Positions 29,801 to 41,100 of a stretch of DNA of 64,000 nt are shown one piece after another. Where the stretch lies: NCBI GenBank assembly GCA_938075675.1, contig CALJHE010000006.1:88415-152414 (forward strand), in the 5' to 3' direction. Positions within the stretch are counted from its first letter, which is position 1, and each line of letters begins with the position of its first letter. Under the pieces are notes generated by a model, which did no database searches, had not been told where the DNA came from, and was given only the letters and a program-made list of their open reading frames with translations. The position numbers were made by a program, and so were the translations under genes. Source of the stretch: Candidatus Poseidoniaceae archaeon. GTDB lineage: Archaea > Thermoplasmatota > Poseidoniia > Poseidoniales > Poseidoniaceae.

Positions 29801-31502
29801 TTTCGCACTCGGAGGAGGTTTGCTCACCCTTTCTTTGTTACTGATTTTTGGTTTTGATTCTTCAATGTCATATTTTCTTTGGATGCTTACAGGAGTGTTC
29901 GTTCTCGTATGTGTCGTTCCAATTCTCACATGGGAGCTACCGGTTTTCTTACGTGGAAAAAATCGTTTATGGAAAGGTCTATGGAGGCACGCAAACAGAA
30001 ATACACTGGCTTGGCTCGGCATCTCGCTGCTGATCTGGACAGTTGGGCTTGCAAGTATTGATCCCGTACGGAAGGGTATGGAGCCTGATGAGGTTTCTTT
30101 CATTGCTTTGGGATTGGTTGAAGTCTTCGCTGGCGTGCTTTTACTGACAAGTGCTGCGCCGATGGTTGTTCGACGGTTGGGCAAATCAAAACTGCTCACC
30201 AAAAGGTGGGGTCCTGTTCTCCCGGTCTCTCTCGCTTATCCTCTTGCAACTCCAGTTCGAACTGCTGTTGTCATGGGTATGTTTTCTATCACGGTATTTT
30301 CTGTCATCGTTCTTGGAGGGTATGCTGAACAATTTGACAACTACACAAGTTCGTTTGTTGAAGAGGCGGAAGGTGAGTATGAATTGCTGCTCACTGGTTC
30401 ACGCTCGAGTCCAATCGTTTTATCTGAAAATGTAACGGAATGGAATCTCTCTTCAAACCTTGAATCACAGATTGATTCTGTCGCTCGTGTACATCGAGGT
30501 GAAGTCTTCCTTGAAGACGATTCTGGTGAGCGAATGCCATACGTTGTTCGTGGCTTTGACGAAGCCTTCTCAACTCACGGTGGATTGCCACTTTACATCT
30601 GGGATTCTTCACTGGGTTCGAGTGAAACGGAAGTATGGACAACGGTTGGAAGTCGCGATGATTTGGTTATCCTCGATGCATCATTTGGGCTTGAATCTAT
30701 AACCGATGGCAGCGGTATTTCGATGTTAAGTTTTTCAATTGGAGATTCGATTTCGCTAATTGATATTTCCAATCCAGGAAATACTCGAAATGTGCAAGTT
30801 GCGGGATTCCTTGAACAATCTTCATATTTGTTTTCAGCGGGTGTTTGGATGAGCGACGATGTCGTGATCGACCAATTCGATGGGAGACTTACTCGGATGT
30901 ATGTTAGCGTCTCCGATGATGCCCAACCATCTGCCGAATTTGATGGTGAAAGCATCGCCGATTTCTCACCTGCTGGCAAGAGCCGGGATGTGCGTTTGGC
31001 TGCAGCTGAAATGGAATCTGAAATGACACCCATCTTAAACGGCAAAGGCGTTCAAGTTTCTGTCATATCGGACGAAGTGTTGGTTCTCCAGTCGCTTGTT
31101 CTGGCATTGTTGGGAATTTTCGAAGGATATCTTGCGCTCGGCCTCATCGTGGGAATTGCAGGCATTGGGGTGGTGACGGTGCGCTCAGTGTCAGAACGCA
31201 GCACCTCAATCGGTATACTCAGGGCTCTTGGTTACCGGAAAAGCATGGTGTTTCTATCGTTCTTCATTGAAGTCTCCTGGGTGAGCGTTCTTGGCATGGT
31301 CAATGGAATTCTCGTTGCGATTGGTTTTCACCGTGCGCTCTACACGGCGTTTTGGAAAGACCAAGGCGCCAGCTTCACCCTGCCTGTTGATTCCATCCTC
31401 ATGGTCTTCATAGGGGGTTGGTTCTTGGTTCTCTTGGCTACGTATCTACCGATACGCAAGGCTTCAAACGTACCTGCCTCGGCTTCTCTTCGTGCGGTGT
31501 AG
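26892..31502 (+). CDS. Very large FtsX/MacB-like ABC permease (two FtsX domains, oversized extracytoplasmic region)
   Basis: Two FtsX signatures (ESRRSELGTMRALG, SERSTSIGILRALG), C-terminal PASASLR, 4-bp overlap with the ATPase gene. Confidence 0.9.
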   Translation: MTLFLELLSLFVMVGLLSAVSTFGIGRWKQLGALKVLLLIVGPIVDAYIAYYFLNWISVSGATLWAGSLALGLMSHILLQPLLVPQRLVVWRLATKNIVRRKRQAALLMVGLIVASAIITSSMIVGDSLDATVRNEVEGAWGQTDITVSGFDLSKGERVTLSEVLANEVWDGIQSNDVLASSVEAQQQGIVASVSTSSSDSSLTGVTWMAMNSSIDSLEYWPKIGTSADGIRYSTLNEANFFSQQYQVAVNQVLADELNLEKGDRFDLGWYVTDDGQRKRIDAQVEVHSVVANQGQGASAGTQAPALFTDLETAQSMQKMVGKINTIYYAVDDKHEQAEQIQPVLDELQTVLDQYIRSEDVGLSLDLDTSSNSMTLSSSQGLGRLSGELVRGLRENMTALSPNASMMEVLQVPMVEMEHENQQILTLADSEITELWSGQRGLWHFTPSGAGFQIEGDGAAWVWRVTGSGIANDFTLDHTGQYGLIATDGELIVGYEGELDDEEWASYSSTGNFLSVAQASEGWWALEENNASLILHSFNLDLSLHDSTVLNIDLPSTILSTQLLSGDSLFLEVEGLLSSSRYTSPIPTVQFTEVDSNSSWPGEASSDADVDLHPMCNGVASVTLFSPSEHWCSVPEGLIRWDSTNNNVLSLRIPIVSTAGGFGVLPQLYLAFGGGNSPLMVEPGEVLLSQRLSALSLEANQSEFWVKGLIPYAFGDDTAHQLAYSGSYADIDGFETLSELDSVVLGLVSLEDGEMLASGGEDERSLVVLSQDGSLNESSDNIIQWLDDYANATVANLDIRAVKVEAAAIAEESSGVLAAMFLVFGTFTIVAGILLVLTIVMMLAESRRSELGTMRALGVSQSDARALAVQEGVLLSALASAVGSLVGIVLAWFISIGFKNMFASVGSNQFSFAWEWNSLFSGAVWGFLLALTTLWFSALWTSRLNILLALKGGKVPRSEGIPMSLVLIQIFALGGGLLTLSLLLIFGFDSSMSYFLWMLTGVFVLVCVVPILTWELPVFLRGKNRLWKGLWRHANRNTLAWLGISLLIWTVGLASIDPVRKGMEPDEVSFIALGLVEVFAGVLLLTSAAPMVVRRLGKSKLLTKRWGPVLPVSLAYPLATPVRTAVVMGMFSITVFSVIVLGGYAEQFDNYTSSFVEEAEGEYELLLTGSRSSPIVLSENVTEWNLSSNLESQIDSVARVHRGEVFLEDDSGERMPYVVRGFDEAFSTHGGLPLYIWDSSLGSSETEVWTTVGSRDDLVILDASFGLESITDGSGISMLSFSIGDSISLIDISNPGNTRNVQVAGFLEQSSYLFSAGVWMSDDVVIDQFDGRLTRMYVSVSDDAQPSAEFDGESIADFSPAGKSRDVRLAAAEMESEMTPILNGKGVQVSVISDEVLVLQSLVLALLGIFEGYLALGLIVGIAGIGVVTVRSVSERSTSIGILRALGYRKSMVFLSFFIEVSWVSVLGMVNGILVAIGFHRALYTAFWKDQGASFTLPVDSILMVFIGGWFLVLLATYLPIRKASNVPASASLRAV

Positions 31503-31636
31503 ATTGTAACATTGTTCAAACTGCAGTTTGAGATGTTCGTTTTTAACCTAAAATAAGCAGTTTTACAAACAAGACACTCCAGTCGTATCTAATTCGGTTC
31601 ACTGCGAGCCTCTAACTCGATAAATAGGTCTATTCC

Positions 31637-31718
31637 TTTATAAAAAACTCATACTTTGGTTCTCCTATAGTATAAATACGACGCTTTCCGTGGTGAGTAA
31701 TACCGAACCATCGGAGGT
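31637..31718 (+). promoter_or_regulatory. Canonical TATA boxes and strong RBS upstream of the 1012-aa surface protein
   Basis: TTTATAAA at 31637, TATAAATA at 31671, GGAGGT at 31713. Confidence 0.6.
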
Positions 31719-31724
31719 ATAGAT

Positions 31725-34700
31725 ATGCGAAAAACAACCCCTATGATTCTCGTCATGTTGATGCTTGTGAGTGCTCTCTCAAGTTTTGACTTCGCCGAGT
31801 TAGAAGATAATGAAGTAATTGAAGACACAGGCGCCCGTGCTGGCGCTGATGCAGACTTGGTTGCTATCACCACACCAAAAGAAACCGTTTGCCCTCTTGG
31901 GGCAGAATGCCGAAATGTCCTGAAAGTGGGCGATGAGACTACATTCTCCGCTTACATCAAGAACAGCGGCGATGCAGACATCACTGAGATGGCCTACACT
32001 GTAAATGTCTGGCTTTCTGACGCGAATGGCAACCCGAGCATGCTTGCTAAGGATGCCTCTGGCAATGATCTTTCTTGGACGAACAATGATGTCATGTGCG
32101 CATCTGTCTCAGTCTGCGACTTCCAGTCTCTGTCTGCTGGAGCCGTCCTTGGTGGCGGAAAGCACACGATGTCTGTTAATGGCAACCCAATTACCTGGAC
32201 TCCTGCAAAAGGGCTTTACGTCGTTGAAATGGTTGTCAACGCAAACCCAGATGATGACGTTGGGAACGATGTTGAACAGATATTTGTGACCGTCGAAGAT
32301 TGGTACGATATTGATGTCGCACTCGTCTGGGACAGTGGCAACGAAATGGAAAGTGGTTCCGGTACAAAAGACTGGACACTCACTGTCAACGCTACAGGAT
32401 CTGACACTTTCGATCCACGTGAAGTTCGAGTTCGTCTCCAAACCACCGGTGAAGTCAGTGCTGCTCAAACAACCGACGGCACAACCATCGACAGTTCAGG
32501 AACAAATGTATTTACTGCAGGAACATCAACAACTGTTGACGTTTACGAAAACCTTTCACAAGAACCTTCGGTTGTTACAACTGACACCCGTACTGTACTC
32601 TCAACATGGACGCTCTCCGGAAGTCTCACAGTCGATGTCGATAATACTGACTCAGCGTCGTATGGTTTGAAAGCCTCCTTGATAGATTATGTTCAATACG
32701 ACCAATGGACAAGCTGTGTTTACGTTGATGCAGACAACAACTCTTTCGACAACTTCTGTGAGGAAACATTCACTCGGGACGCATACCCTGCGACTGATTC
32801 CAGCACTGTTGAAGGATTTGCGAGCGTCTTTAACGACATTCGAATCTCTCAGATGACTGTGGTCCAAGGCTACAATGCTGACGGAACCGGGCAAGGCACC
32901 TCCTTCTACACTAACGCAGATACCGGCGACTTGAACGTTGGTACTTCATACCTTCACGTCGAAGTAGAACATCGTGGAAGCGAGGCTGAATCGACTTATA
33001 ATTGGTCAGTCAACTTCCAAATTACCGATCCAGACGGTGGAGTCGTTGATGTTATCGATTCCACTACATGTGAGGAAGTCGAGCCATCATACCCAATGTA
33101 TGCTCCTCTCGGAGTCGGACAAGGAATGTCGATGACCGGGTATGCTTGCACAATGGTTTCCCTGTCTATGGACGGCGAATACACATTCTCTGCAGAGCTT
33201 ATCAATGATTCAAAGATGTCAGATGCAAAACCATCGAACAACGATATGAGCATGACCTTGAATGTTCGAAACAATGCCCCATTGATTATCGCTTTGGACT
33301 TGTTGAACGAAGGTGATCTTTACATGGGTCAAGATGACCTCATTTCGATGGCTGTTCAAGTCTTCGATGTTGACGACCCAAGTTCTTCAAACCTCGAAAT
33401 TGAATGGATGTACAACGGCGTTGCGCTACCGGGTTGCGAGCGTGCTAACATGCTCACAGTCTGCTCGGTTCTTGTACAGGCGGACTATGTGACAAACTTC
33501 CCGATCTCTGTGAACGTTTACGACGCTAACGGTGGAGAAACCTCGAAAGAATTGATGCTTCAAGTTTGGAACGATGGAAGTTATTTCGCTTCAACCACAA
33601 GCGGTCTAGGACTCAATTATGACCTTCTCTACTGGGGAACAACTCCATTCACCGTTACCGCTACCGACGGAGACGCTCTGACAAATCTGGAACTTCCAGG
33701 TTTCACCGGCCGATACGACTCAGTAGGTGTCATTGACTATTCTCCTTCGACAACTTACTCTGCAAACGATGTATTGCAACAATCAATGAGTATTCAATAC
33801 GCTAAGAGTTTGGGTGCCACGTCTCTCTGGTATGTGAATGGTGCATCTTGGACAATGCTCAGTGATGCTCCAACCGATGTTGATGCAACAACAGGGCAAT
33901 TTGCCTACACTTTCCCAGCGAACTCGCCGATTCTATCGAACGGACAACTTGTACTCATGGGAGGCTCTCTCGCTCAAGCAGAGGTGCCGTCTGCAAGTAT
34001 CACTGGATTCAACGCGGCAGCCGCAAAGGGTGGAGCAATCCAGATCAACTGGAACGTCGACGGGACCATGCTTTCCGGAGACAGTATTGATGTCACCGTT
34101 TGTGAAACCGTAGACTGCACAACAGCATTTGAGATCTCTCTTGGAGCAGGTAACACCTCTTACCCATACTCTGGACAATCGACGACCCATGGTGTAGAGT
34201 ACACCGTTACTGTTGCCGTTTGCAATGAAGTTGGATGCAGCAGCCCAGTCGGAACTGGCACAGTCGTTGCAGACAGTGCAGTTGATGGTGAAGCAGCAGC
34301 AACAGACCTCACAATTGCAGCAGTTGAGAACACATGGACAGTTTCATGGACAGCTGCAGGTGCTCAAGACGATGTCGCATCTTGGAAGGTTTGCTACCAA
34401 CGTGGCTCCTTTGATGCAGCAAACATGCCTGAGACATGTCTTGACGCAACCGGTACCACACTCGATGTCGATATCTCGACATGGTCTGCAGGAACGTACA
34501 CCTATCATTTCACTGCAGTACCAGTGGATGCTCTGGGCAACTCCATGGCAGCAGCTTCGATGAACAGTATCGATTACCAGCGAGATTCCGACAACACCAA
34601 CACTGATGACGGAACTACAATCATTGGCGATGATGTTGAAGGCGGTGTGCCTACTTGGACTTGGGGCGTCATTGGTGGCGTCGTTGTCGTAGCATTCATC

Positions 34701-34763
34701 GTTGGTGCATTCATCCTCTCCCGTGGTGGAGAAGGCGACGAAGGCAAAGATTGGGATTACTGA
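31725..34763 (+). CDS. Large secreted, membrane-anchored surface protein (CARDB/Ig-like and FN3-like domains)
   Basis: Signal peptide MRKTTPMILVMLMLVSALS; CARDB-like ends (DDDVGND, DAKPSNND); FN3-like YTVTVAVCNEVG and YHFTAVPVDALGN; C-terminal TM followed by the acidic tail GDEGKDWDY. Confidence 0.88.
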   Translation: MRKTTPMILVMLMLVSALSSFDFAELEDNEVIEDTGARAGADADLVAITTPKETVCPLGAECRNVLKVGDETTFSAYIKNSGDADITEMAYTVNVWLSDANGNPSMLAKDASGNDLSWTNNDVMCASVSVCDFQSLSAGAVLGGGKHTMSVNGNPITWTPAKGLYVVEMVVNANPDDDVGNDVEQIFVTVEDWYDIDVALVWDSGNEMESGSGTKDWTLTVNATGSDTFDPREVRVRLQTTGEVSAAQTTDGTTIDSSGTNVFTAGTSTTVDVYENLSQEPSVVTTDTRTVLSTWTLSGSLTVDVDNTDSASYGLKASLIDYVQYDQWTSCVYVDADNNSFDNFCEETFTRDAYPATDSSTVEGFASVFNDIRISQMTVVQGYNADGTGQGTSFYTNADTGDLNVGTSYLHVEVEHRGSEAESTYNWSVNFQITDPDGGVVDVIDSTTCEEVEPSYPMYAPLGVGQGMSMTGYACTMVSLSMDGEYTFSAELINDSKMSDAKPSNNDMSMTLNVRNNAPLIIALDLLNEGDLYMGQDDLISMAVQVFDVDDPSSSNLEIEWMYNGVALPGCERANMLTVCSVLVQADYVTNFPISVNVYDANGGETSKELMLQVWNDGSYFASTTSGLGLNYDLLYWGTTPFTVTATDGDALTNLELPGFTGRYDSVGVIDYSPSTTYSANDVLQQSMSIQYAKSLGATSLWYVNGASWTMLSDAPTDVDATTGQFAYTFPANSPILSNGQLVLMGGSLAQAEVPSASITGFNAAAAKGGAIQINWNVDGTMLSGDSIDVTVCETVDCTTAFEISLGAGNTSYPYSGQSTTHGVEYTVTVAVCNEVGCSSPVGTGTVVADSAVDGEAAATDLTIAAVENTWTVSWTAAGAQDDVASWKVCYQRGSFDAANMPETCLDATGTTLDVDISTWSAGTYTYHFTAVPVDALGNSMAAASMNSIDYQRDSDNTNTDDGTTIIGDDVEGGVPTWTWGVIGGVVVVAFIVGAFILSRGGEGDEGKDWDY

Positions 34764-34788
34764 TTTTTCCTTTGACGGTGATGAAACA

Positions 34789-34858
34789 TCCCTCTTGCGA
34801 GAGGGAAGAGCCGCTGAGAGGGCCGTTTCGACGGCCCTCTCGGCCTCCTTACTCTTTT
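34789..34858 (+). terminator. Tandem 3' hairpins after the 1012-aa gene
   Basis: TCCCTCT-tgcg-AGAGGGA (34789-34806) and GAGAGGGCCGT-ttcg-ACGGCCCTCTC (34816-34841), then a pyrimidine run. Confidence 0.7.
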
Positions 34859-35139
34859 ACAAATCTACGCGACATGCCAAGTTATGTTGATGGTAGAAAT
34901 CCGAAAATTTTTGCTTCGATTTCAGTGGTCAAACCTCACAATATCTCAGGTATGATCTTGTAAGATTTCAGAAGTGTTACTTTTACAAATCGTTTGCACC
35001 ATTCTCGGAGACTATATCCATTCAATACTCCATATGGCGCAACATTTTCAACTGTGGAAATCAAACATTTTGCACCCCAACTCCTATAAGGGGAGCAAGG
35101 CGTGGGATGCTTTGCATACAATCCGTATAGGTGAATGAC

Positions 35140-38100
35140 ATGTTGGGAATAAAGAATACCAAGAAAGCATCTGTCTTTAACGGAATTGGCATAGCACTGT
35201 TGTTGTGCGCATTGATGGCCCTCATGCCTATGGCTGGGTTCGTCGATAACAACGCAGGCGATGTGGAGTTTGTAGCTACAAACGACACAGCAGGGGATGA
35301 CCTCCTCGCTTTGCCAACTTCGAAAGAGACAGGTATTGAATACGAATACGAACCATCCGATGAACTCATCGGCATGAGAGACCAAACGAGCAAGACCTTC
35401 GTCCTTGATGACGGCAAATTCGTGCAACTTCTGCACGATGCGCCAGTTCACTACATGGGCGAGAATGGAGAATGGGCAGACATCGATCTCAACGTTGTCG
35501 CTACTGCCAATGGTTGGGAAGTGGCTGATAACACATACACGACTCAATTCGCTCCTGAAACAGCAAATGGTGTGGCTATTCAAGTCAACCCATCGGTCGA
35601 CCCAATCGTCATGGGAATGAATCCAATGTTGATTACTCTCGATGAAACAATGACGACTCCTGAAATCTACGATGCTGCTCCATCAACCGATGAAGTGCAA
35701 GTAGGTGGGAACATGGTTCGCTATCCTGTCGCAGAAGGGTTTTCTCTCGACTATACTGTTCAGAGCAACCAACTCAAGCAGAATTTGATTGTCAATGAAC
35801 GTCCAATTCTCAAGGAAACCGATGCTTGGTTTGGATTCTCGGAACTGGTGCAACTTCCTTCTGGATTCGCACTCTTCCTCGGAGAAACAATGCTTGGGGA
35901 AGAAATGACTCAAACACAAGAACCTCTTGACATTCGAAACACTGAAACTGGACAATTGCTCGCACAAATCCCAGTTCCAGTTGTTGTAGAAGAAGGCAAT
36001 GCAGCTGAGCCATATACGGCAACATACTTCATTCAAGTCATTGATTCGCAAATTATCATTTCCACTCTCGTTGAGTCGGACTGGATTATGTCTGATGACC
36101 GCGCATTCCCGCTGGCCATTGACCCAACCATTCAAGTCTCTAACGTAAACAGTGGTTACTGTTACAAGAACTACAACCGATGTTACATGGCTCGTACGAC
36201 CACATACCTACAAAAGGGACAATCTTCATGGTCGTCTTACAACGCCAACGTTAACTACTACCTGCCGTTCAATTCGTTTACATTTACGACCTCAAACCAA
36301 CTGCCAAACCAGGCAGTCGTTGAGTCGATTTCACATTACCAGACATGGACGTACCAAACAGGTGCGACTACGGCAAACTCCGTTGCTGCAACAGTTCTAC
36401 AAGACTGTGGCTCTCCGACCTCCTCCGGTATGCCTTACGGCTGGACTATGCCTGCGGCACCTACAAACGGTTGTTCAAACACCCTTGCATCCAGTGCTTA
36501 CGCATCTACCAGTACAATGTACAACAACGGCAACTCACGAAAACTCATCGCTTCGATGTGGAACAGTGATTCCTTTGATACAGTGACTCCAGCATACTAC
36601 TCGTCAACTACTGCTGACGTTTGTACTACGAACGCTACATGTGCTACAAGCACTCAAGCAAGTTACATCACAGATGCGCAGAACGGTAGTTCAACCATTG
36701 CTATTGGATACAAAGTCCCAGGAAACACTGGTTATACTCGCGCATACCACTCCAATGGAGGAACCACGAACTCTTACCTAAGTATCACCTACTCTGGTGG
36801 AGTTGACACTGATGCACCGTCTTCAGATTTCATTCCTTACCACAACGTCACCTCGTACATCGAAGGTTCACGAACCTTCTTCACCACGCTGTCTGACCTG
36901 TCAAACATCGATACGACTGCAAACAACAAACCTACGCTCAATTACGCACTCAATAACGGTTCGTTCACGAGCGTGAGTGCAACAAGCATTGGAACATGTT
37001 CAACAACTGACGCGACCTGTCAGTTCCGAGCAACAACTCCGACGATATCTGCAGGCGACTACGTCGAATATTACTGGAAGTTCCAAGACCTAAACTCCAA
37101 TCCGAACATTGGATTCGATCCGGCATTGAGCGGCGCACAAACGGTCCCAACACCGTACAACTTCACCGTCGAAGATGTCGAAGATGCAGGAGATGACAAA
37201 AAACTCACAGTGCTCATGACTGATGTTCACGCAGGCAGTTATTCGAGCCCATCAGCAAATCAACTCATCGATCGACAATTCACACACTTTGACGGAAGCG
37301 ATGAATTCTACTTTGAATTCGATGTTTCTACTTGTGGAACTGGGTCCAGTCAGTGTTTCTTCACTGGTTCAAACTGGGATGCTCCTAACTACTACTTCTA
37401 CAACAACTGGATGGGTCAACACGCAACTGTTGCTGGTTCAGGGTCAAACGGAATGGGTTCATCTTCAACCCGCTCGAACACCTTTGAGCACATGACTAAC
37501 GACGGCGGATATCTAACAATCTCTGCTGACAAAGGGCCAGGCATGAACTTGCTTTACCTCTATGATTCAGGTAAGAATGCCTTTGCCATGGTTGGTATCG
37601 GAAGCTCTCCTTCAATCGACAGCAAATTGTCAGGTGGAAGCCAAATGGATGCAAGTTATGCCTATGGTAACTCCCCTGCTTACAAGATCACACTGGGTTC
37701 TGACTCAGCAATGACTGCAGCAGGTGAAGAAACATACGGTGGACAAATGGGCCTCTTCTCGTTTGGTAACGCAACTGGTGGAGCGGGAATTAACGCAAAC
37801 CGACTGTGCGTAACTACAAACGGTTTCGTTCACTTCTTCCGAAGTCCATTCGCTAGCCGCGACCAATGTTCAGGTGCCTACTACTACGGTGGTTCGTACT
37901 TCAGCGGCGGTACAACCGACGAACGAGCTCTCCCATCATATGTTTGGTCGGGATGGGTACACGCAATGGGATACTACGGTTCCCAGGCTGCAAGCGGTAC
38001 GCAAACATACAAGATTGGCGGCGTTGCTCCAATTCCTGACACCTTTGCGCCAATCGCAGATCACTCCGCACTTTCGGACTCCCACAGCAAGGACCGAACC

Positions 38101-41100
38101 ATATCGGTGGTTTTGTCTGATGGTGGAGACCCACCGACCGGTTTGAACGTCAGCACAACTGCTGGTGTTGGGCCAACTCTGTATTACAGAATCACCAGTG
38201 CAGACGGCACCACCGGTTCATGGACCAGTAAACTTCTGACTCCACAAGGTAGTTCAACTCGAGCCCAATGTGTTCTGTCCGCATGTACTTGGTCTGCAGA
38301 TCTTGAAGACCTGGAACGCGAAGACTCAGTCGAATACTACCTTTACGCTGAGGACACATCTCAAGTGGCATCAACCGTTAACAGTTTGACAACCAGCACC
38401 GAAACATTCAGTGTTGGAGACCCAAACAAGATGTTCATTGTTGAATGGAGAGACATGCAATACACCAACAACAACTTCCGTTGTACATTCCAAGCCGTCT
38501 TCTACGACGTCACGAATGAGATTGAATACCACTACGACGATGCTTGTAAGAACTCTTACGACGCAGCCACTGTCGGATTCATGGATCAAACACGATCACA
38601 TGGACAGACAATTCGTCACAGAACGAGTACTTCGTACCTCAACGGAGCAAACCCTCACACCAACAACTACCGTATTACTACGGACAGTACAGACGGCGCT
38701 TGGGAATCCTTCGACAGAGGAATGAATCCAATGGTTAACGGTATTGAAACGGATATCATGGGTACCAGCGGAGGAACTCCATCTGGATACTACTGTTCAT
38801 CGAGTTACTACTTCCGAACTTACGGCTCTCAATGTGCTGATAACATTGCAATGCCAAATGGATTCAACTTCACCTACTTCGGAACCGATTACAACTACAC
38901 GGACAGCAATGACCGCATTAACATCGAGCGACATGGAAACATGCATTTCGTTAGCAGCGGCTCAACAGCAAATGTCCGTGCTATGACGACCTGGTACGGC
39001 AACATGCCTAAGTTACCATACTCGTCGAACGTTGCTGCACCTGCAGGATTGATTGCCCCGTATTGGTCGTACTATGGATCATACTACTGCTACCAAAACA
39101 CTGCAGTCGATTGTGGTGTTTACTACCGAACAATGCCATTCGAAGGCAAGGGTACTGATGTCACATCAGATATCACATCCGACACAACGTGGGATGTTGA
39201 AGACAGTCCAGTTCGAATCAACCCGGCTGGTGACTATTTGACGATCTCTGCTGACCTCACCATCCAACCAGGTACAGTTATTCAAGTCGGCGCAGGTAAG
39301 GGAATTTCCTTTGACGGCGCTTGTGACAAGATGACAATCAACGGTAACAGCACCGACCACGTTCTCTTCGAAGGGCTTGGTGGCGCAGATTGGAAGGGTA
39401 TGGCATTCACCGGAGCTTGTTCGACAAGTACCGATAACCGCCACGTCTTCTCCTATGTTGACTTCAAGAACACAACCGATGCTGCAATCGCTGCAGGTTC
39501 TCGCCACGGCTCGAGCCCAATCAGCAATGCAAACGTAGGTAACTTCACAATGAACCACGTGACTTTCACGGATGTTGGTGCAGCTTTCGAACACGGTAGC
39601 GGCCAAGGAACAGTTGTGTCGATGACCGAATTCAGTGTCGACGGAACTGATGATTCATGTTTCGACTTCGCTGAAGACACTGTTGCAACTTTGACAGAAG
39701 GAACCATTGCGAACTGTAACAAAGACGGTGGTGCCAACAACGGCGCAATCGTTAACGTTGCGGGTTCAACAGGCGGTTCTCTCTTCTTGGAAAACACGAC
39801 AATTACCAACGCATATGTGAACTTGATCAGTGTTGATCTGGACATGGTTACCATTTCCAACGTCACCGCTACGGCAACAAACGCCCAGTCCGGGTCTGCC
39901 CTCAATTCAGATGCAGGCGCTGGTGCAGAAGTTGAAATCTTCAACTTTGATGCAACAAACTATGCCTCTGTCTCTATCGATGCAATGGGCTCAATCTTGA
40001 TGACTGATGTCGATGTAGGAAGCGCTTCAATGAACTTCTTCCCTGGTGGTAGTACCACCTCCTCGACAACCGGTGCGTTCGGAGACAATGCAGTCTTCGA
40101 TACAGTTACCGCAGGCAACATGATCATGCGCAACTTGCAACCTGGAACCTTTGATGATATCAGTGTTGATGATTTGAAGATTGAAGGTGACACTACGAAC
40201 TCCGACATGGTCTTCATCAACAACCTTGATGTTGCGCATTTCGAAGTGACTGGTTGCAGTGGCTGGAATGTAGGAATCAATTCCATGACTGCAGAACGCG
40301 TTACCACAAACGGATGTTCCGCAGCAAAGAACTCGGTTCTCATTGCCGACTCGACTATTGCACACACCTCAGCACTTGATTCAGCCGTTTATGCACGATA
40401 TTCTGATGTCACAATTGGTGAAACTACCATGACATCGACGACAGCAGGAACTGGAAGCATTTACCTCGCACAAGCAGACACGAACTCAAACATTCGTCTC
40501 ATTGAAGTTACCCAAAACGGTGACGATTGCGCAAATGTAAACGGTGGAACTGGAGATTGTGACGTTGATGTCGCATCTTCATCCTCTGAGATTTGGTACG
40601 GTGGATTGTCAACAGTTCGAACATATCGAATTGCTCTTGTCAACAACGTGCCAACGAACATCTACAAGTCTGGACATACCGTAACTGCTGCAGTTACGGA
40701 CAGTTCTGGTTCTGAACTCTTTGAAGTTGGAAGTCACATCACTGACACAGCCTCGTCCAACCTTGGAACTGCAAGTGTTTGGGTTATCACCGGCGACGAA
40801 TCTGGCGGAAACACCTACTCGGACCACAACATCCGTGCATTCGGACCTGCAGGTCAAAACGAAACAATGACTTCCGCTTCCTGGTATCCAACAGCTGGAT
40901 TTACCATTGGTAGTACGATTGACCTCTTGCTCGAACCTGCTCCTGTAGATTTCGATCAAGCAGGTATGGACTGTGCTTGGATGGATGCCTATGTTGACCC
41001 ATCGAACGGAGGACAATTGCCAACAAACGGTACAACTGCTAACGGAAACACAATCTTCGAATTTGACGGAACACCGATGACACTTTCGGCCGACCTAACG

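Noticed and set aside
34936-35583. 215-aa minus-strand ORF, and other antisense ORFs in hppA and the giant gene
   Set aside because: They overlap well-supported genes, have no recognisable motifs, and are explained by codon bias on the sense strand.
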